Assembly: GCA_002269645.1 (NCBI GenBank)
Contig: NIVC01002207.1
Span: forward strand, 46,402-110,401
Length of the DNA stretch: 64,000 nt
Source of the DNA: Macrostomum lignano
Lineage: Eukaryota
Direction of reading: 5' to 3'
Shown here: one piece after another, positions 49,046 through 62,330 of the stretch
How positions within the stretch are numbered: position 1 is the stretch's first letter
Layout: each line of letters starts with the position of its first letter
Notes under the pieces: generated by a model
Told to the model about the DNA's origin: nothing
The model's database searches: none
What the model saw: only the letters and a program-made list of their open reading frames with translations
Position numbers and translations under genes: made by a program

Positions 49046-49924
49046 TTTACTTCCATGGGAACTATACATACTCATACACAGCTTTTAACACTACAAATTA
49101 AAAGAATGGAAGTCAGCAGTTAATGCTAGGTTTGAAAATGTCAGACATTTCTTCTTGTACAAAGCGCGCCTGACACTTGCATTTTATTGACTGAAAAAAT
49201 CTAACAACACGGCGAGTTAAATAAAACGAACGCTGTCACAAGAACACAAATAGGTGAAAAGAAACAATTTCTGTAAAAATGGGAAAAAAGAAACAAGCAT
49301 AAACAATAAGAAATGAGCATTTTCATAAGCACAGTAGGACTATTAATACCAAAAACTCCGTTCGCATGCTATGAAACATGGAATTTCTAATGAAATAAAC
49401 GGAGAGCTATAAGTAGTATATGACGATTACAAAATAGCCAACTAAACTCTATCGAGAGATTGTTTAAACATAATAACTACATTATTTAGATAATCTACCA
49501 GGTGAAAAAGATGATAAAATAAAAATGCTTCAACGCAGCGCTTTAAAACATAAATTATGTGCGATACGTGTTTTGTTCAGCAATCTTTTTTTATTATTAC
49601 AAAGTACGGCAAGACATCAATCGGCAACGACACTTGCGAATGCGCAAATAATATTGACAATGCAAAATGCAAAATCTGTGTTTTGGCTCAAGCAGCTGAC
49701 GAGTGAAATTAGCACCTTTTCAAGACTAATATTGCTTGCAGTCTTGTAAAAAGTCATAAAATATTTAATGATATGAAATGACATCACATATTTAATAATT
49801 AATAAAGGAGCAAAGGCAGAGTTTCCCAGCACTTTTTTACAGTGGTGAGCATTCTTGTAGGGCTTGGGAAGTAAATTGGATTGAAACGTAAGTAAAAAAG
49901 TAAAAGCAATTAAGGGGCTGTCAG

Positions 49925-50222
49925 GGGGTGTGTACATTGAAGTGGTGGGCTGCCAAGGGCGTGTGTACATTGGGGTGGTGGGCTGCCAAGGGCGTGTGTA
50001 CATTGGGGTGGTGGGCTGCCAAGGGCGTGTGTACATTGGGGTGGTGGGCTGCCATGGGTGTGTACATTGGAGTTGTGGGCTGCCAAGGGTGTGTACATTG
50101 GGGTGGTGGGCTGCCAAGGGTGTGTACATTGGGGTGGTGGGTTGCCAAGGGCGTGTACATTGGGGTGGTGGGCTGCCAAGGGTGTGTGTACATTGGGGTG
50201 GTGGGCTGTCAAGGGCATGTGT
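49925..50222. repeat. 31-33-bp G-rich minisatellite (GTGTACATTGGGGTGGTGGGCTGCCAAGGGC), ~9 copies
   Basis: Direct reading. Confidence 0.94.
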
Positions 50223-51693
50223 ACTTCGATCGGGAAAAGGAATGACTAGTTGGGAACTTACCTAGAAATTATAATAGAGATAGGGGTCGGCTTTAATTGT
50301 ACAGGGATACAAGATACAAGAATCGCCGATATAAAAAACTAATGAAAATTTAACATTCCTTTTATAGAGCTCGTAATACAATGGAAAATATTAACAGCGA
50401 TAATAGACCCTGAAAACCGTAGTGAAGTTGAAAGTAACACGGTAAAGATATGATAAATTACAAACAGTTATAAAGAACAGCAAGCTAAAAAATCATAATA
50501 AATGCTATTTTTGATCATCTTGAATAACAACGATGCATTCAGCCAAATGGGAACATGAAAATAATATTTAAAGTACAAACATTCGGTAAGAATTTTTTCC
50601 GACTTTTTGCTATTTGCTTTCTTAAACAAAACAATTCAAATATATGAACAGCAAACATCACCTGGAAAATAGAACTTCGAACGTGCCAAAAGAATAGAGA
50701 AAATATTTGCTTTACGCTACTTAGAGTGAGCGTCTGGTTTATGGAAAACGGCATAGCAAAGTCAAGCACACAAATACTTGAGCGCAGTGCCAAAAGACCA
50801 AATCTGTAGCTAAGACACGTGGCACAGAACAGCAGACTCAGATGGGAATCAGACTGGGGAACAAGGCGGAGTGACGGGGAATCAGACTGGGGGAGCAGGG
50901 CGGAGTTTTGAGCAAAAACAGAACAGCAAAGTGAAGCGAATGAACAGATCTGAGCCAGATTGACAAAACAAGCAAAACAGTAACACAAAAACAAGGCAAA
51001 AAATCACGGGGCTGACGGGGTAACAGTTGAAGTGCACATCGGTTAATTAGCGCAATAACGAATAGAGAAAGTCAACTAGAAAAAAAACCTTTTTAAAATA
51101 AAAATCTAAACTATAGCTTAGATGATAGGGACAGAGCGGCACAACCGAGGAAACCAGAAAAAATTACCTAACGAGAGACCTTAGCTAGTATCTAAAGTCC
51201 AGCAAAAATGCCCGCCAATCACGACTCACGCCAATTCTCAAAATATGCAAAAACAGTGTAAACTAAATATAAGAGGCTCTATAGTCAGACTGTTTTAAAC
51301 AAACAGTGAATAGCTTTAGGATTAGCTGGGCCAACACAAACATATTGTGCTCAGGTTCACGCAGACGGAACAGTTGGCACAAGGACCTGCCTGACATTGG
51401 GAGGAGAAAAATGAGAAAATTTACAATAAATCAACACACCTAAGTCATGTTAAAGTACCAACCTTAGTACCAATATTAATATTATTAGGATCTATTGGAA
51501 AACACAGCGCTACAAGCAGCTGATTGCTGCTCTACTAATATTAACCATTAACTGTAGCGACAGTAACAAGGATTTCTACTAACGAGCATAAACTCAAACG
51601 ACTCGTTAATAGATTATTAGATTATTAGATTATTAGAAATTGGCTTGGCCAGGCTGACTTTGAGAATGAATTAAAAAAATTGTCTGACTTAAA

Positions 51694-51864
51694 CAGACAG
51701 ACAGACACTAAGACACACAGAGAATGACAGACAGACAGACACTAAGACACACAGAATGACAGACACTAAGACACTAAGACACTAAGACACACAGAGAGTG
51801 ACAGACACTAAGACACTAAGACAGACAGACACACAGAGAATGACAGACAGACAGACACAAAGAC

Positions 51865-51915
<51 letters not shown>

Positions 51916-52030
51916 CAAAGACAGACAGACACTAAGACACACAGAGAATGATAGACAGACAGACACTAAGACAGACAGACACACAGAGAATGACAGACAG
52001 ACAGACAGGCAGACAGACAGACAAACACAA

Positions 52031-52115
<85 letters not shown>

Positions 52116-52135
52116 CTAAGACAGACAGACACAAA
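51694..52135. repeat. (GACA)n microsatellite with CTAAGACA interruptions
   Basis: Direct reading. Confidence 0.97.
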
Positions 52136-52310
52136 CGTTAACATGGGCTGTCAGTCTTGAATATGATTTTTACCCCCTCTGTATTCGGATACAAAAAGCA
52201 AGTGCTAGAAAAGTACAAATAAAAAAGCTACGGTGGGCATTCAATTTTATCGCAATTTTCTCCCCAATATTTGGGCCATGAACCAACCGTGGCAGACACT
52301 GGAAGCGAAA

Positions 52311-55300
52311 TCAGTGCGACCGGAGGCGGCCGCTGACAGTCGAGACGAAGGCTGCCGACATTGGAGAGCCGCCGCTGGCGCCAACGCTGACACTGAGGTT
52401 GCGACTGGCGCCGTCGCCGCGCCGAGTCACGGAGACGCGCAGCGCCCTACGACTGGCTGCTGGCTGCTGCCGAAGTTGCTGCTGCTGCTGTTTCAATTGC
52501 TTGAGATTCTGCTTCCGCTGTTGCTGGTGCCTGGTCAGTTGAGGAACACTAGCCCTGCTGGGAACCATGGCAACGGCTGAGGAGTCGCCGCGACAATTAT
52601 CAAACAGTTGCAGCGGCGGTGGCGGCGGCGGCGACGAGGAAGAAGACGACGACGGCGCGTGCGGCTGGTGCAGCGGCGGCGGGGATGAGGAGGAGTCCAG
52701 CGGGCCGAGCAGCGAGGCGATGTCAGCCAGGTCGGCAGCGCAGTCAACACTGTCGGAAGCCGGGGGCAGCTGGAACAGGTCGGCTGGCAGCAGCGACATG
52801 AGGTCGGAGGAGAGCTCACCGGACAGCTGGTCGGCGCCATCGACGGTTAGCTGGCTAAGCGACGATTCTGTAGCTGCTGGGGGCGTCGGCGTCGGCGGCG
52901 GCGGCAGGGACGCCGATTCGCTAACTGGCGGCGTCGGGGCTGTATTGAATGGAAAATCAAATATCAGATAGTTTAATCATAACACAGATCGCCTACTGAA
53001 AAGTAGCGAGAAAAGAATTTTAAGCAACTGTTTTATAGTCTGTACAAAAAGTATATCTACATCATTGGCCGCGACTGTGCAAACAAAATTAGAACAAACC
53101 CGGGGAGCTTGTCCGGCATTTCCAAGAGCCTCTGCTGGTTAGTAGTCAGATTGAAAATGACCAGCTATTTTTAAGTTACGAAATCATTTTTTCTACTTTT
53201 AGGTTTCACAGTCCACAGACCGAAATTTCGCAAACGCCTAAAAAGACGTCCCGGTGTTTTCGTGATGTACCACTAGTAAGTGAAATTCAACAGATGCTCA
53301 GCTCTTAAACGGCTCATATTTGTCTTACTAAACATACGTATGTAAAAACGCAGGTAGGTAAGATTCGTGAGAACTTCATATTATACAATTGTCTACTGAT
53401 GTCTCTATCGGTCATGTTGGGCCTACGGCAATTGACTGCTACAGATTGAACTGCCACCCTAACCCTAAACTAACCTAAAGCTCCTGGTCAAGTTTGTGTG
53501 GCACTTTGGTGTAGGCATTAAATAACATGAAATAAAACATGATTAATAGTTTCCATAGCAGCGATACAAATGAAGGCGAAACCAGTAAGCACGAGGGAGT
53601 AAAAATTATATTTTATAAAATGACTAAAACTAAGTTACTAGGAATTCTGGGTACAGTGGGGACAATATTCAGACAATGGATCAAATTTAAAGGCTTACAT
53701 GTAGATCATTAGTATGCTTATAGTGCAAAGATTGCATCACAACCTGTGCATCTACCTGCGGCGCCTTAGACATGACATTAAACAATCAATAACTGCATGC
53801 ACACTTGAAATATCATTAAAACACTCGTTCCATTTTCGCACCTGTATAATAATTTAAGCAGAATCAAACTAGGAAAATTAAGCTACAATAAATAAAACAA
53901 AGTAAATAAATGGAGAGCTGCGAACTTGGAATATACCAAAAGAAAATAAAAATTTCCCTCTATACAATACAAATATCTTAGGATCGGCGACCAAATAGTA
54001 GAAATTGTCTCAGTCTTTTCTAGGCAGATTTTTGAGTCTATATAATATGGCCTGTATAGGATAACCACTGTCTCTTATTATGGAATATATATTGCTACTA
54101 AAAATGACTGTGATAAATACAATAATAGCATGATTTTGCTCAGCCGGCATCGCAGTCGGCAATCAGGCCAGCCAAATAGCTCGAGTCCGGCTGGAACTGA
54201 GAACAGGCAGCCACCGACAGATAATTGGCGCTGCGATACTTTTGGTACACGAATCGGTGCTGATGATGATCCTGATGGGGATGCTGGTGCGCGACTCGCG
54301 CCACCAGCCGCGGCTCTGAGCACGGCGCGAGCCAGGCTGGCGCAGACTGAGCGCAGTGACTCAGCTGAGTAGCCAGAGTAGAAAGCCAGCTGTTTGGACC
54401 AATCTCGCAATTCTGAGCCAAGCGAAACTCTTAGAGCGCCGGCGGCCAGCCGACTGGCCGGCAGGCAGGACAGCTCGGTGCTGAGCGTGGCCAGCTCCAG
54501 CAGGTATTTGGCAATAAAGTGCAGCCGATTATCGACGCCGGCTACTTTGGACAGTCGGCGCAGAAAGGTAATTGGCAGCGGAGGAAGCAGGTGAAAATCA
54601 AGCGCGCCAACCAGGCGAGTCTCAATAGTCAGCAGATCGCGCCGGCCACAGGCGCCGGCGCAGACGTGCAGGAGGTCGCCAAGGCTGATGCAGTAGACCT
54701 CTTCGAGCTTGGAGGCCAGCCAGAGCGCAGCAGCGCCCAGCGACTGCAACTGGTGCTTGGCTAAACACGAATCAACAGCCAGGTAGTGGTCTAGCAGGCG
54801 TACGGACAGGTGGAAAGTGTCCGATTGAAGCTCAAATCTGCCGCTCAATTGAAGCAGCCAATCGACTAGACAGCGCGAGATCGTTCAGTAATCTCGGCGT
54901 GTCCAGACAGTAGATTATTCGGCAAGGTGTAAGCTAATTCCCGTTCAGCCAGGTACACAAAGATGTCCTTAGCGTAGGCAGTTACCATGGTGCAGTGGCC
55001 TCGTTGATCAGCGTCTGGCACGTCAGCTGGCAGAGTCGCTGATCGATCCAAGCAGGGCAGCCTGCTTGGCTCAGCTGGTGCAACCTCCACCGTAGATGTG
55101 GAGTCGGCCTCAGCGACTTTAACATCGGACTTGCATGTATTGTCATTCTTATTACCTGTAGCTTTCTGACAAACAGAGCGGCGCAGCGACTGTTGCTGGC
55201 TATTGTTGGAGCACTGCCTTAGCGGCTCTCTAACAGGCTGCTGTCGACGTTTCCCGTTGATTTGCTGCTGAGAATCTTTTTGATTGACCGGCTGACTAAT

Positions 55301-57182
55301 GCGACGTTGCTGGCGGAAATTCTGATAGCTTTTATCAGCAAAGCTGCGAGTGTTCGACGCGACGAAGTCGTCCGGTTGTTGCTGCTGTTCTTGTTGTTCG
55401 CGTTGCTGCTTCCTTCGATTGCGCATGGTTTCAGCTAACAGACGCTGCGCCTTGTACATTGACATGCTTTTGAGATGTTGAATAAATAAGGACAGAAAAA
55501 CAACTACCAAATCACTGATTGCAACGGGCCGCAATTTGGTTAGTAAAAATCGATCGCAAGGCGTGGCTAAATATAATTATTTCAAAAATAAATTTACGTA
55601 CACCCTAGATAATAACAAGGCTTAGATTAGAAGAGCCTGGATTTATTGTATGCATTCCGTCCCCCCACCCACTATAACCATTCTAGTTGATATTTTTAAT
55701 TAGTTCTTATCTATGGCCGATCACTCCCCATGACTGCGATTGGACGAAATTGGGGCGGGTTGGAGAGCGAGAAGCGCCCCACCCCACCCCTCTAGGCACA
55801 CAATTTCTAACAGTGTACACTGAAGAGCTGAAGTGTGTGCTTGTATTTTTCTGTTCAAATAAGTCTGATTTGTAACCTGTGTACATTTACGAGTAATTGG
55901 CCTTTAAATGGGGAGCCGTAGCCTGGTGTATGTGCTCAATTGCAGTCGCATGAATTTCGGGCTACATTGGAATCTCGGCTTGGCTCTGCTCGTGTAATTA
56001 ACGCCCTTGAGGCCAAACCCACAAAGCACAGTAAATGCGCGCCTTAGCCTAAAAAAGATGAATAGATAAAGTTTTTAGGACCGCTAAACACTCCTAGCTG
56101 TGTGAGTGTCATACATGCCCAACACCTGGCCGATTCGACCGGGTGGTGAGGTCTGGCCAAGGTAAGTCGCAAAAACGCCAACAAAAAAATTCGGACGTAA
56201 TACTAATTAGATGATGAGGAATTAACCTGAATAATAGTTAGTTACTCCTGCTGTTTACCCAAATTTACGTTAATTTTAGCTTTAGGGTTGATAGGTAAGT
56301 CGCATTTTTGGTCAAAAAGTGAGTCGCACGGCCGGATGAAATTTCGAAGTTGGGCATGTATGGTGAGTGTGTGCCTGCGCGTAAGATTGTTGTATGCATC
56401 CGCGCGCCGCGCTTATGTCTCTGCTCAGAGGAGTCGGCGGAATGAGCTGTAATGCCTCTCGCCGGTTGTGTGACAATGTCACTTAAAGTGTGCCAGGGCG
56501 TGGGGTTAGGGGACATCACAAACCCGAAAAATCACAACTCTGAAAAGCGCTTTTCATGATCCTACAATCATAACTCCGAAAGTCGTAGCCTAGCAACGCC
56601 CAACGCTAATATGGGTTTTAGGAGTTGTGATTTTTCGGGTTTGTGATGGTGACCCCAGTGCGCCCCCAGGCCTTTAAATGACTAACAAGTTGTACTGGAA
56701 AATGGGTTTAAGCACCACCGCACTCTTCCAGCTTTTACAGCTATTTAAAGATATAAACACATTTTAAGCTCAAAAGACTCACCGGCAGTAACTACACGCG
56801 GCATCGCTCTGTTGTAGGGCATCATTTTAATAACAAACGGACCGGTAGATTGCCGTTGGCACTGCTGCATCTGCGAATTTACAGATGCTGGCCGCAACGG
56901 CTCAGCTCGATGATGATGATGATGAAGCCCAAACTGATGCTGCACCGAGCTGGAGGCAGTGCACGCAGTCGGCACGGGCAATAGTTCAAAGTCAATAGCC
57001 AGACGGCTGCTTCTCCTAGCTGTCACCTGGTATCCGGGCCGACAGTCCGCGTCCGGCGAGTCGGGACTGTCCGGGTCGGAGGAATCGCATGTACTTTTAA
57101 GCACGCTACCGATAGGCAGTGCCACCAAGGCGCTCAGTGTGGATAATTCCAGAGTGAATCGGACTGGCAAAGGTGACGTCAT
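52311..57182 (-). CDS. Unidentified two-exon gene (exons 57182-56783 and 52939-52311); protein has a Ser/Pro/Gln-rich C-terminus
   Basis: GC-rich coding-like codon usage; donor GCC G|gtgagt (phase 1) matches acceptor atacag|CC CCG (phase 1); frame is open across the join. No family recognised. Confidence 0.6.
54140..55465 (-). pseudogene. Intronless divergent B-type cyclin with two frameshifts (pseudogene or assembly indels)
   Basis: D-box REPLRQCSN; YAKDIFVYL; cyclin box ..RAV/LVDWLLQ split by a 1-nt gap at ~54868 (TAG); ASKLEE, FLRRLSK, AKYLLEL; C-terminal VYQKYRSANYLSVA lies in a third frame after ~54290. Confidence 0.85.
56515..56648. mobile_element. Small MITE-like inverted repeat
   Basis: CATCACAAACCCGAAAAATCACAACTC is inverted against GAGTTGTGATTTTTCGGGTTTGTGATG; no clear TSD. 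Confidence 0.6.
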
Positions 57183-58323
57183 TGTTCTTCTTTGATGCAA
57201 CAATGAGAAGCAAATTTAGTTTGCTGTCCGAACTGCTTTGGCATAAAACTCTCGATTGGGATATTATGTCTTTTTTTCCTCGATGAAAGCTCGCGAATTG
57301 AATCAATTATTTTTTTGGTATAAGGAAGCAGCAATGATCAAGCTTCATTTGTTATAGAAAATAAAACTATTTCTATATATATCTATAATATCACAGCTCA
57401 GATCTTACTCTCAGCAGGGCGAGTTTTGTACTAACCGCGGCCACTTCTGCTTAACTTGCAGCGCTGGTGGTGAATGAGCTAACCTACTAGGCTAGTGATA
57501 CTCATTAGTTACAGCTGAACTACTAATTTGAATAGGAAGCTCCATATGAAATAAATAAGAAAGCCATACGAGCGTGAATAAAGTGACTGAAATTTATGCA
57601 ACTAGCAAGGCAGTACAAAAACGTTTATATATATACACCCGATGTGCAATTTTTCACACAATGTGCAGAGGGCATCCGGTACACGATGAATATGCACTAG
57701 CATTATTCATGGATGTCAAGGCTCATAAAGGGAGTTTCTGAGATCGAGATGTCAAGGCTCATAAAGGGAGTTTCTGAGATGTCAAGACTCATGGGGAGAG
57801 TAGCTTGAAATGCTGTGGCTTATGGGGCTTGCTAAGATGCAAAGGATCAATTGAGAGTGGTTGGTAGGCCAGACATCAAAGGGATAGTAAGAGTTAGGGT
57901 TTAGCCATGGCTTAAGTCGAGGCTCTGATGCTTTTTTGTTTTAAACATCGATTTCTACAAGAAAACTGGCAATAGTGGCAGTACAAGGTCAATAGCTATG
58001 CACATGTAGTTTATTCAGAACTTTTTATTCCTTTTTCTGTAGCCTCCCCAACGTGGAGTGAAGATTGCTAGTCTATTCTAGCTCGTACACCTAATCATAG
58101 CTTGGCATTTTGACGGGAAATGTTTTTGAGTCGAATTTGTGCTAATGAACACTCGAAAATATTCGAGTTGACAAATGGACCAAATTATTTGAACATAGCA
58201 CATTTGATTTTTTTTAGACGATATAACCCTGATTTCTACGGCTTGATAGGACCAGCAAATGTAAATTGAGAAATGCACGCGAGCAATTTAAGTTTGTCTC
58301 TGTTGGACTTAAACTGCTTGCAC

Positions 58324-61300
58324 TCAGGCATTGGACAGTGGAGTCAGGGCGGCCAGGACATGGTCCAGTTTCTCCAAAGCATTAGCGCCAGCCAGCCGGT
58401 CCAATTGAACCCGGCGCCACTTGTCGCCGTTGCCGCCTCGATTAACTGAGACAGCAAATTTCCTATTAGAATCCAGCTGCACTAGCAGAGAGCACTGGCC
58501 GTCAGGGGAGCGGAGCAGGCTAGCGGCCGGATCGGAGCTGTTCGCCAGCAGGTGCCAGCCGAGACTGGTGGAGGCGGAGTGCACGCACAGCAGGAGGTGC
58601 CGATCGGCCTCGCGCAGCAGGCAGGGCTGCAGGAGCCGTTTAACGTCGCCTAAGCGGGCAGCGACTCGCTGACCGCAGGTGGTGAGCAGAACAGCCTGCG
58701 GCGAGGAGGGGGGTGTCCAGCCTGATTTTGTATAGCCATTTTGAACCATCGTTAATTCCTGACCTCATAACTAAGGTAGCCAGTTGTCCAATTGCTAGTC
58801 GGACAAGCTAGTCGGACAAATAATGAAGACAGAACTGTCACTTAGCAGAAGCTAAATTTAGCAACAGACGGACAGTGACGTTTACGCTCGTAAAAAGTCG
58901 GAAGATGGTTGACGGGGGCGAGAGTCAGGCTATAATTAGGAGACGCGCAAGGAGAGGCCTAAAATTATCGATCGTGCAACTATTTGCACAGTTCTGAATA
59001 CACGCACATGCACAAAGATAAAACGGCCCAATTGGGGGCTACTAAATCTGGGATTTTGGAGATGCGAAACTTAGGGATTGTGAGGCCGGGTGTAATTGTG
59101 GGTTGTGAAATTTAATTGGAAATGTGAATTTGACAATTGCCAACAAGCCCTACTCGCTACTTTCAGTAGTAAGCTGCGAATAGGCAATGAATTAACCAAT
59201 AACGCAGACAAACCTTCCTATCGCCGATGCTAATAAGCGCCCGGCTGCGCAACAGATCGTAGCTTCGACGAACAAATTCTACAGCTACGTGGGCGGATGT
59301 TGACGACCCGGTCTGCCAGTGCCAGACTAGGCGAGGCTCCGCCAACGGCCAGGCCTCCAGCAGGTTGGCAACTTCGCGATAGAGCGCCGAGTGCCGGCAG
59401 ATGGCGGCCAGCCGGTCAAGCAGGCCGGTCTCCGGCTCCGGCACCGGCCGGGAGAACGGGCCGGCCTCGCAGCGCCGCTCGGACAGTCCGGCCGGAGCGC
59501 AGCTGGGGAACGGGCCGGGCTCCGGACGGGCCTGTTGGTGCCGCTTTAGTAGCAGGCATTCGAGCACGTTGCTTAGATAGTTTGGCCGGGGCAAGCGTTG
59601 TGCTTGCTGCTGCTGCTGCTGCTGCTGGGATAAAGGCTTCGAGCTCTGATCGGTGAGTAGAACAAGCAACAGCTATGAATACACAGTGAGTACGATTGAG
59701 ATAGTTGGTGGGTGACCTAATCTGTAGATTTGGAAAGAGAAAGATCGCTGCCCAAAATCAAAGGATCTGGGAAGGCAGTCCAGATAAAAGATCTGGGAAA
59801 GCGGATATACAGCCTAAGGATCTGAGAAAAGAAAGCGGATGCACAGCCTGGGATCTGGGAAAGCGGATGCACAGCCTGGATCTGGGAAAGCGGATGCACA
59901 GCCTGGGGATCTGGGAAAGCGGATGCACAGCCAAGGATCTGGGAAAGCGGATGCACAGCCTGGGGATCTGGGAAAGCGGATGCACAGCCTGGGGATCTGG
60001 GAAAGCGGATGCACAGCCTGGGGATCTGGGAAAGCGGATGCACAGCCTGGGGATCTGGGAAAGCGGATGCACAGCCTGGGGATCTGGGAAAGCGGATGCA
60101 CAGCCTGGGGATCTGGAAAGCGGATGCACAGCCTGGGGATCTGGAAAGCGGATGCACAGCCTGGGGATCTGGGAAAGCGGATGCACAGCCTGAGGAAGGT
60201 CTTATAGACGCAGCAATCTTACCATCCCGGCGGACTGCTCCTGCTGCTGCTGCTGTATCTCGGGTCCAACAACTTTGTACAGACTGACATTGGCGCACAG
60301 TCCAGGCGCCAACGGCAGCTCCACAGCGTCTGGTCCGGCGCGAATACCAGCCTGGACGCACTCGCAGCAGATGGTGTTGTACAGCTCTTGGGCTAGCAAG
60401 AGGCGCTGACTATTGCACAGGCTGACTCGCGGCAGCTCGGTTGCAGCCGGCTGCGGAAATAGCGACTCGCCAGACGACGTTCGCAGTGTCACCTGCGGGT
60501 GCAGATAATTGGATTGCATAGATTTCCTGGCGCCTTGGTGGGCAACCATAGTCTAGCACACACTACTGGGCGATCGGAGTGTACAGTAGGACCATGTCCT
60601 TCCATTATTCAATAAATGAGTCGCGATGAGCTAGAAGAGGATTATCTATGACCTTCGCAGGCAGGTACAAAGCAAAATCTCACCTGCACACAAGCCTGAC
60701 CATACAGGTGCCCCGGCAATAGCACTTCGAAGCTGCTATCTTTGGCGGTCCGCAGCTCGAATCCGCCACTGTCCGGATAGCGGCTGCCGGCCGAGCGCAG
60801 CGATAGGTCGCCGCTAATGGTGTTGGCGACGCGGCGCAGCTTCCAGCACTGAGCGATCTGTTGCAACTCGAAGTTGCCAATAACCTCCTGCTGCAGCATT
60901 TGATTGCTGCCCCGGCCTTTTTCTAGCACCTCGGCGGCCGCTTGTACGCACTTTTTCTTGCCTTGAACAACTAGCTGGATTCGTTGTTCGTACTTCTCAA
61001 CGTCGCGCTGCATCGGCTCTAAGGTAAGCGCCTGCGGCCGTTGACGCAGCGCAATCAACAGGTCCATCAGCGCAGTGGTCTCGTCAAGAGCCGCCGCTAT
61101 CGACAAGCGAATCTGGAGGTGGAATTTGGAATTTTTTGTAAGCCTCATAAATCTGATCTAAGCTAATTGTGTGACGAACTATTTAGTTTCTGGGCTAATA
61201 GCAAAGCGGAACCAAATCTCATATCTAGAGGCTACTAGCGGAATCAAATCTTATATCTAGAGGCTACTAGCGGAACCAAATCTGATATAGAGGCTACTAG

Positions 61301-62330
61301 CGGAACCAAATCTTATATCTAGAGGCTACTAGCGGAATCAAATCTCATCTAGAGCTTACTAGCGGAACCAAATCTTATATCTAGAGCTACTAGCGGAATC
61401 AAATCTCATCTAGATTTTACTAGCGGAACCAAATCTAGAGCTACTAGCGAATCAAATCTCATCTAGAGCTTACTAGCGAACCAAATCTCATATCTAGAGC
61501 TTAATAGCGAAACCAAATCTAGAGCTTACTAGCTGAACCAAATCTCATATCTAGAGCTTACTAGCTGAACCAAATCTCATATCTAGAGCTTAATAGCGGA
61601 ACCAAATCTAGAGCTTACTAGCGAACCAAATCTCATATCTAGAGCTTACTAGCGGAACCAAATCTCATATCTAGAGCTTACTAGCGGAACCAAATCTAGA
61701 GCTTACTAGCTGAACCAAATCTCATATCTAGAGCTTAATAGCGGAACCAAATCTAGAGCTTACTAGCGAACCAAATCTCATATCTAGAGCTTACTAGCGG
61801 AACCAAATCTCATATCTAGAGCTACTAGCGAACCAAATCTCATATCTAGAGCTACTAGCGAACCAAATCTCTTACTACTGGACTCAAAGCTCTATTAGCT
61901 ACAGCCAGGACCAAATCTCATTCTGGTAAGCTTGCGGAACCAAATCTCATATCTAGAGACTACTAGCCGAACCAAATCCTCTGCAACACTCGGACTCAAA
62001 GCTCTAATTAGTAAATCTTACATTCTGCCAGTAGGACGCAGACTCTGCATTAGCTGGTCCCAAGCTTGCAGCCTGCTGCTGCCCTCCCCCAGTCGATAAA
62101 TTTGAGTCATCGAGCTGCTCATCGGCTGAGCCAATAGTCGGCTCCACTTCGCTAACAAACTCTTCAAGATCCTCGTCCCATTGTTGGAACTTGATCTTGC
62201 TAACCAGCTGGCAGAACGCCTCGGAAGCGGTTGGCGGCTTCTCGTGCACCTCGGAGCCGTCAGGATTGATTCGTTCAACGGTGTACTCTGGCAGGCATTC
62301 CGCAGAGATTTGAACGCCAGCTGGGTTCAT
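58324..62330 (-). CDS. MED17: Mediator complex subunit 17. Exons 62330-62022, 61112-60684, 60492-60223, 59645-59214, 58695-58324; 603 aa
   Basis: N-terminus VQISAECLPEYTVERINPDGSE..PPTASE..CQLVSKIKF resembles MED17 ([37 protein letters not shown]); also W..IR.SIAAALDE and QRLLLAQELY; all junctions are phase 0 GT-AG. Confidence 0.88.
59775..60192. repeat. 29-bp minisatellite (CTGGGGATCTGGGAAAGCGGATGCACAGC), MED17 intron 3
   Basis: Period 29, ~14 copies. Confidence 0.95.
61205..61975. repeat. 25-32-bp minisatellite (ACTAGCGGAACCAAATCTCATATCTAGAGCTT), MED17 intron 1
   Basis: Direct reading. Confidence 0.94.

Noticed and set aside
50539-50994. 151-aa minus-strand ORF
   Set aside because: It has AT-rich non-coding-like composition, no motif and no phase-compatible splice partners.
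56100-56170. Plus-strand CCAAG|gtaagt donor suggesting an antisense exon
   Set aside because: It is an isolated motif with no ORF or downstream partner exon.
89-61975. CRISPR-like appearance of the 29-49-bp regular repeats
   Set aside because: The units are head-to-tail without unique spacers, there are no cas genes, and the context is eukaryotic introns.
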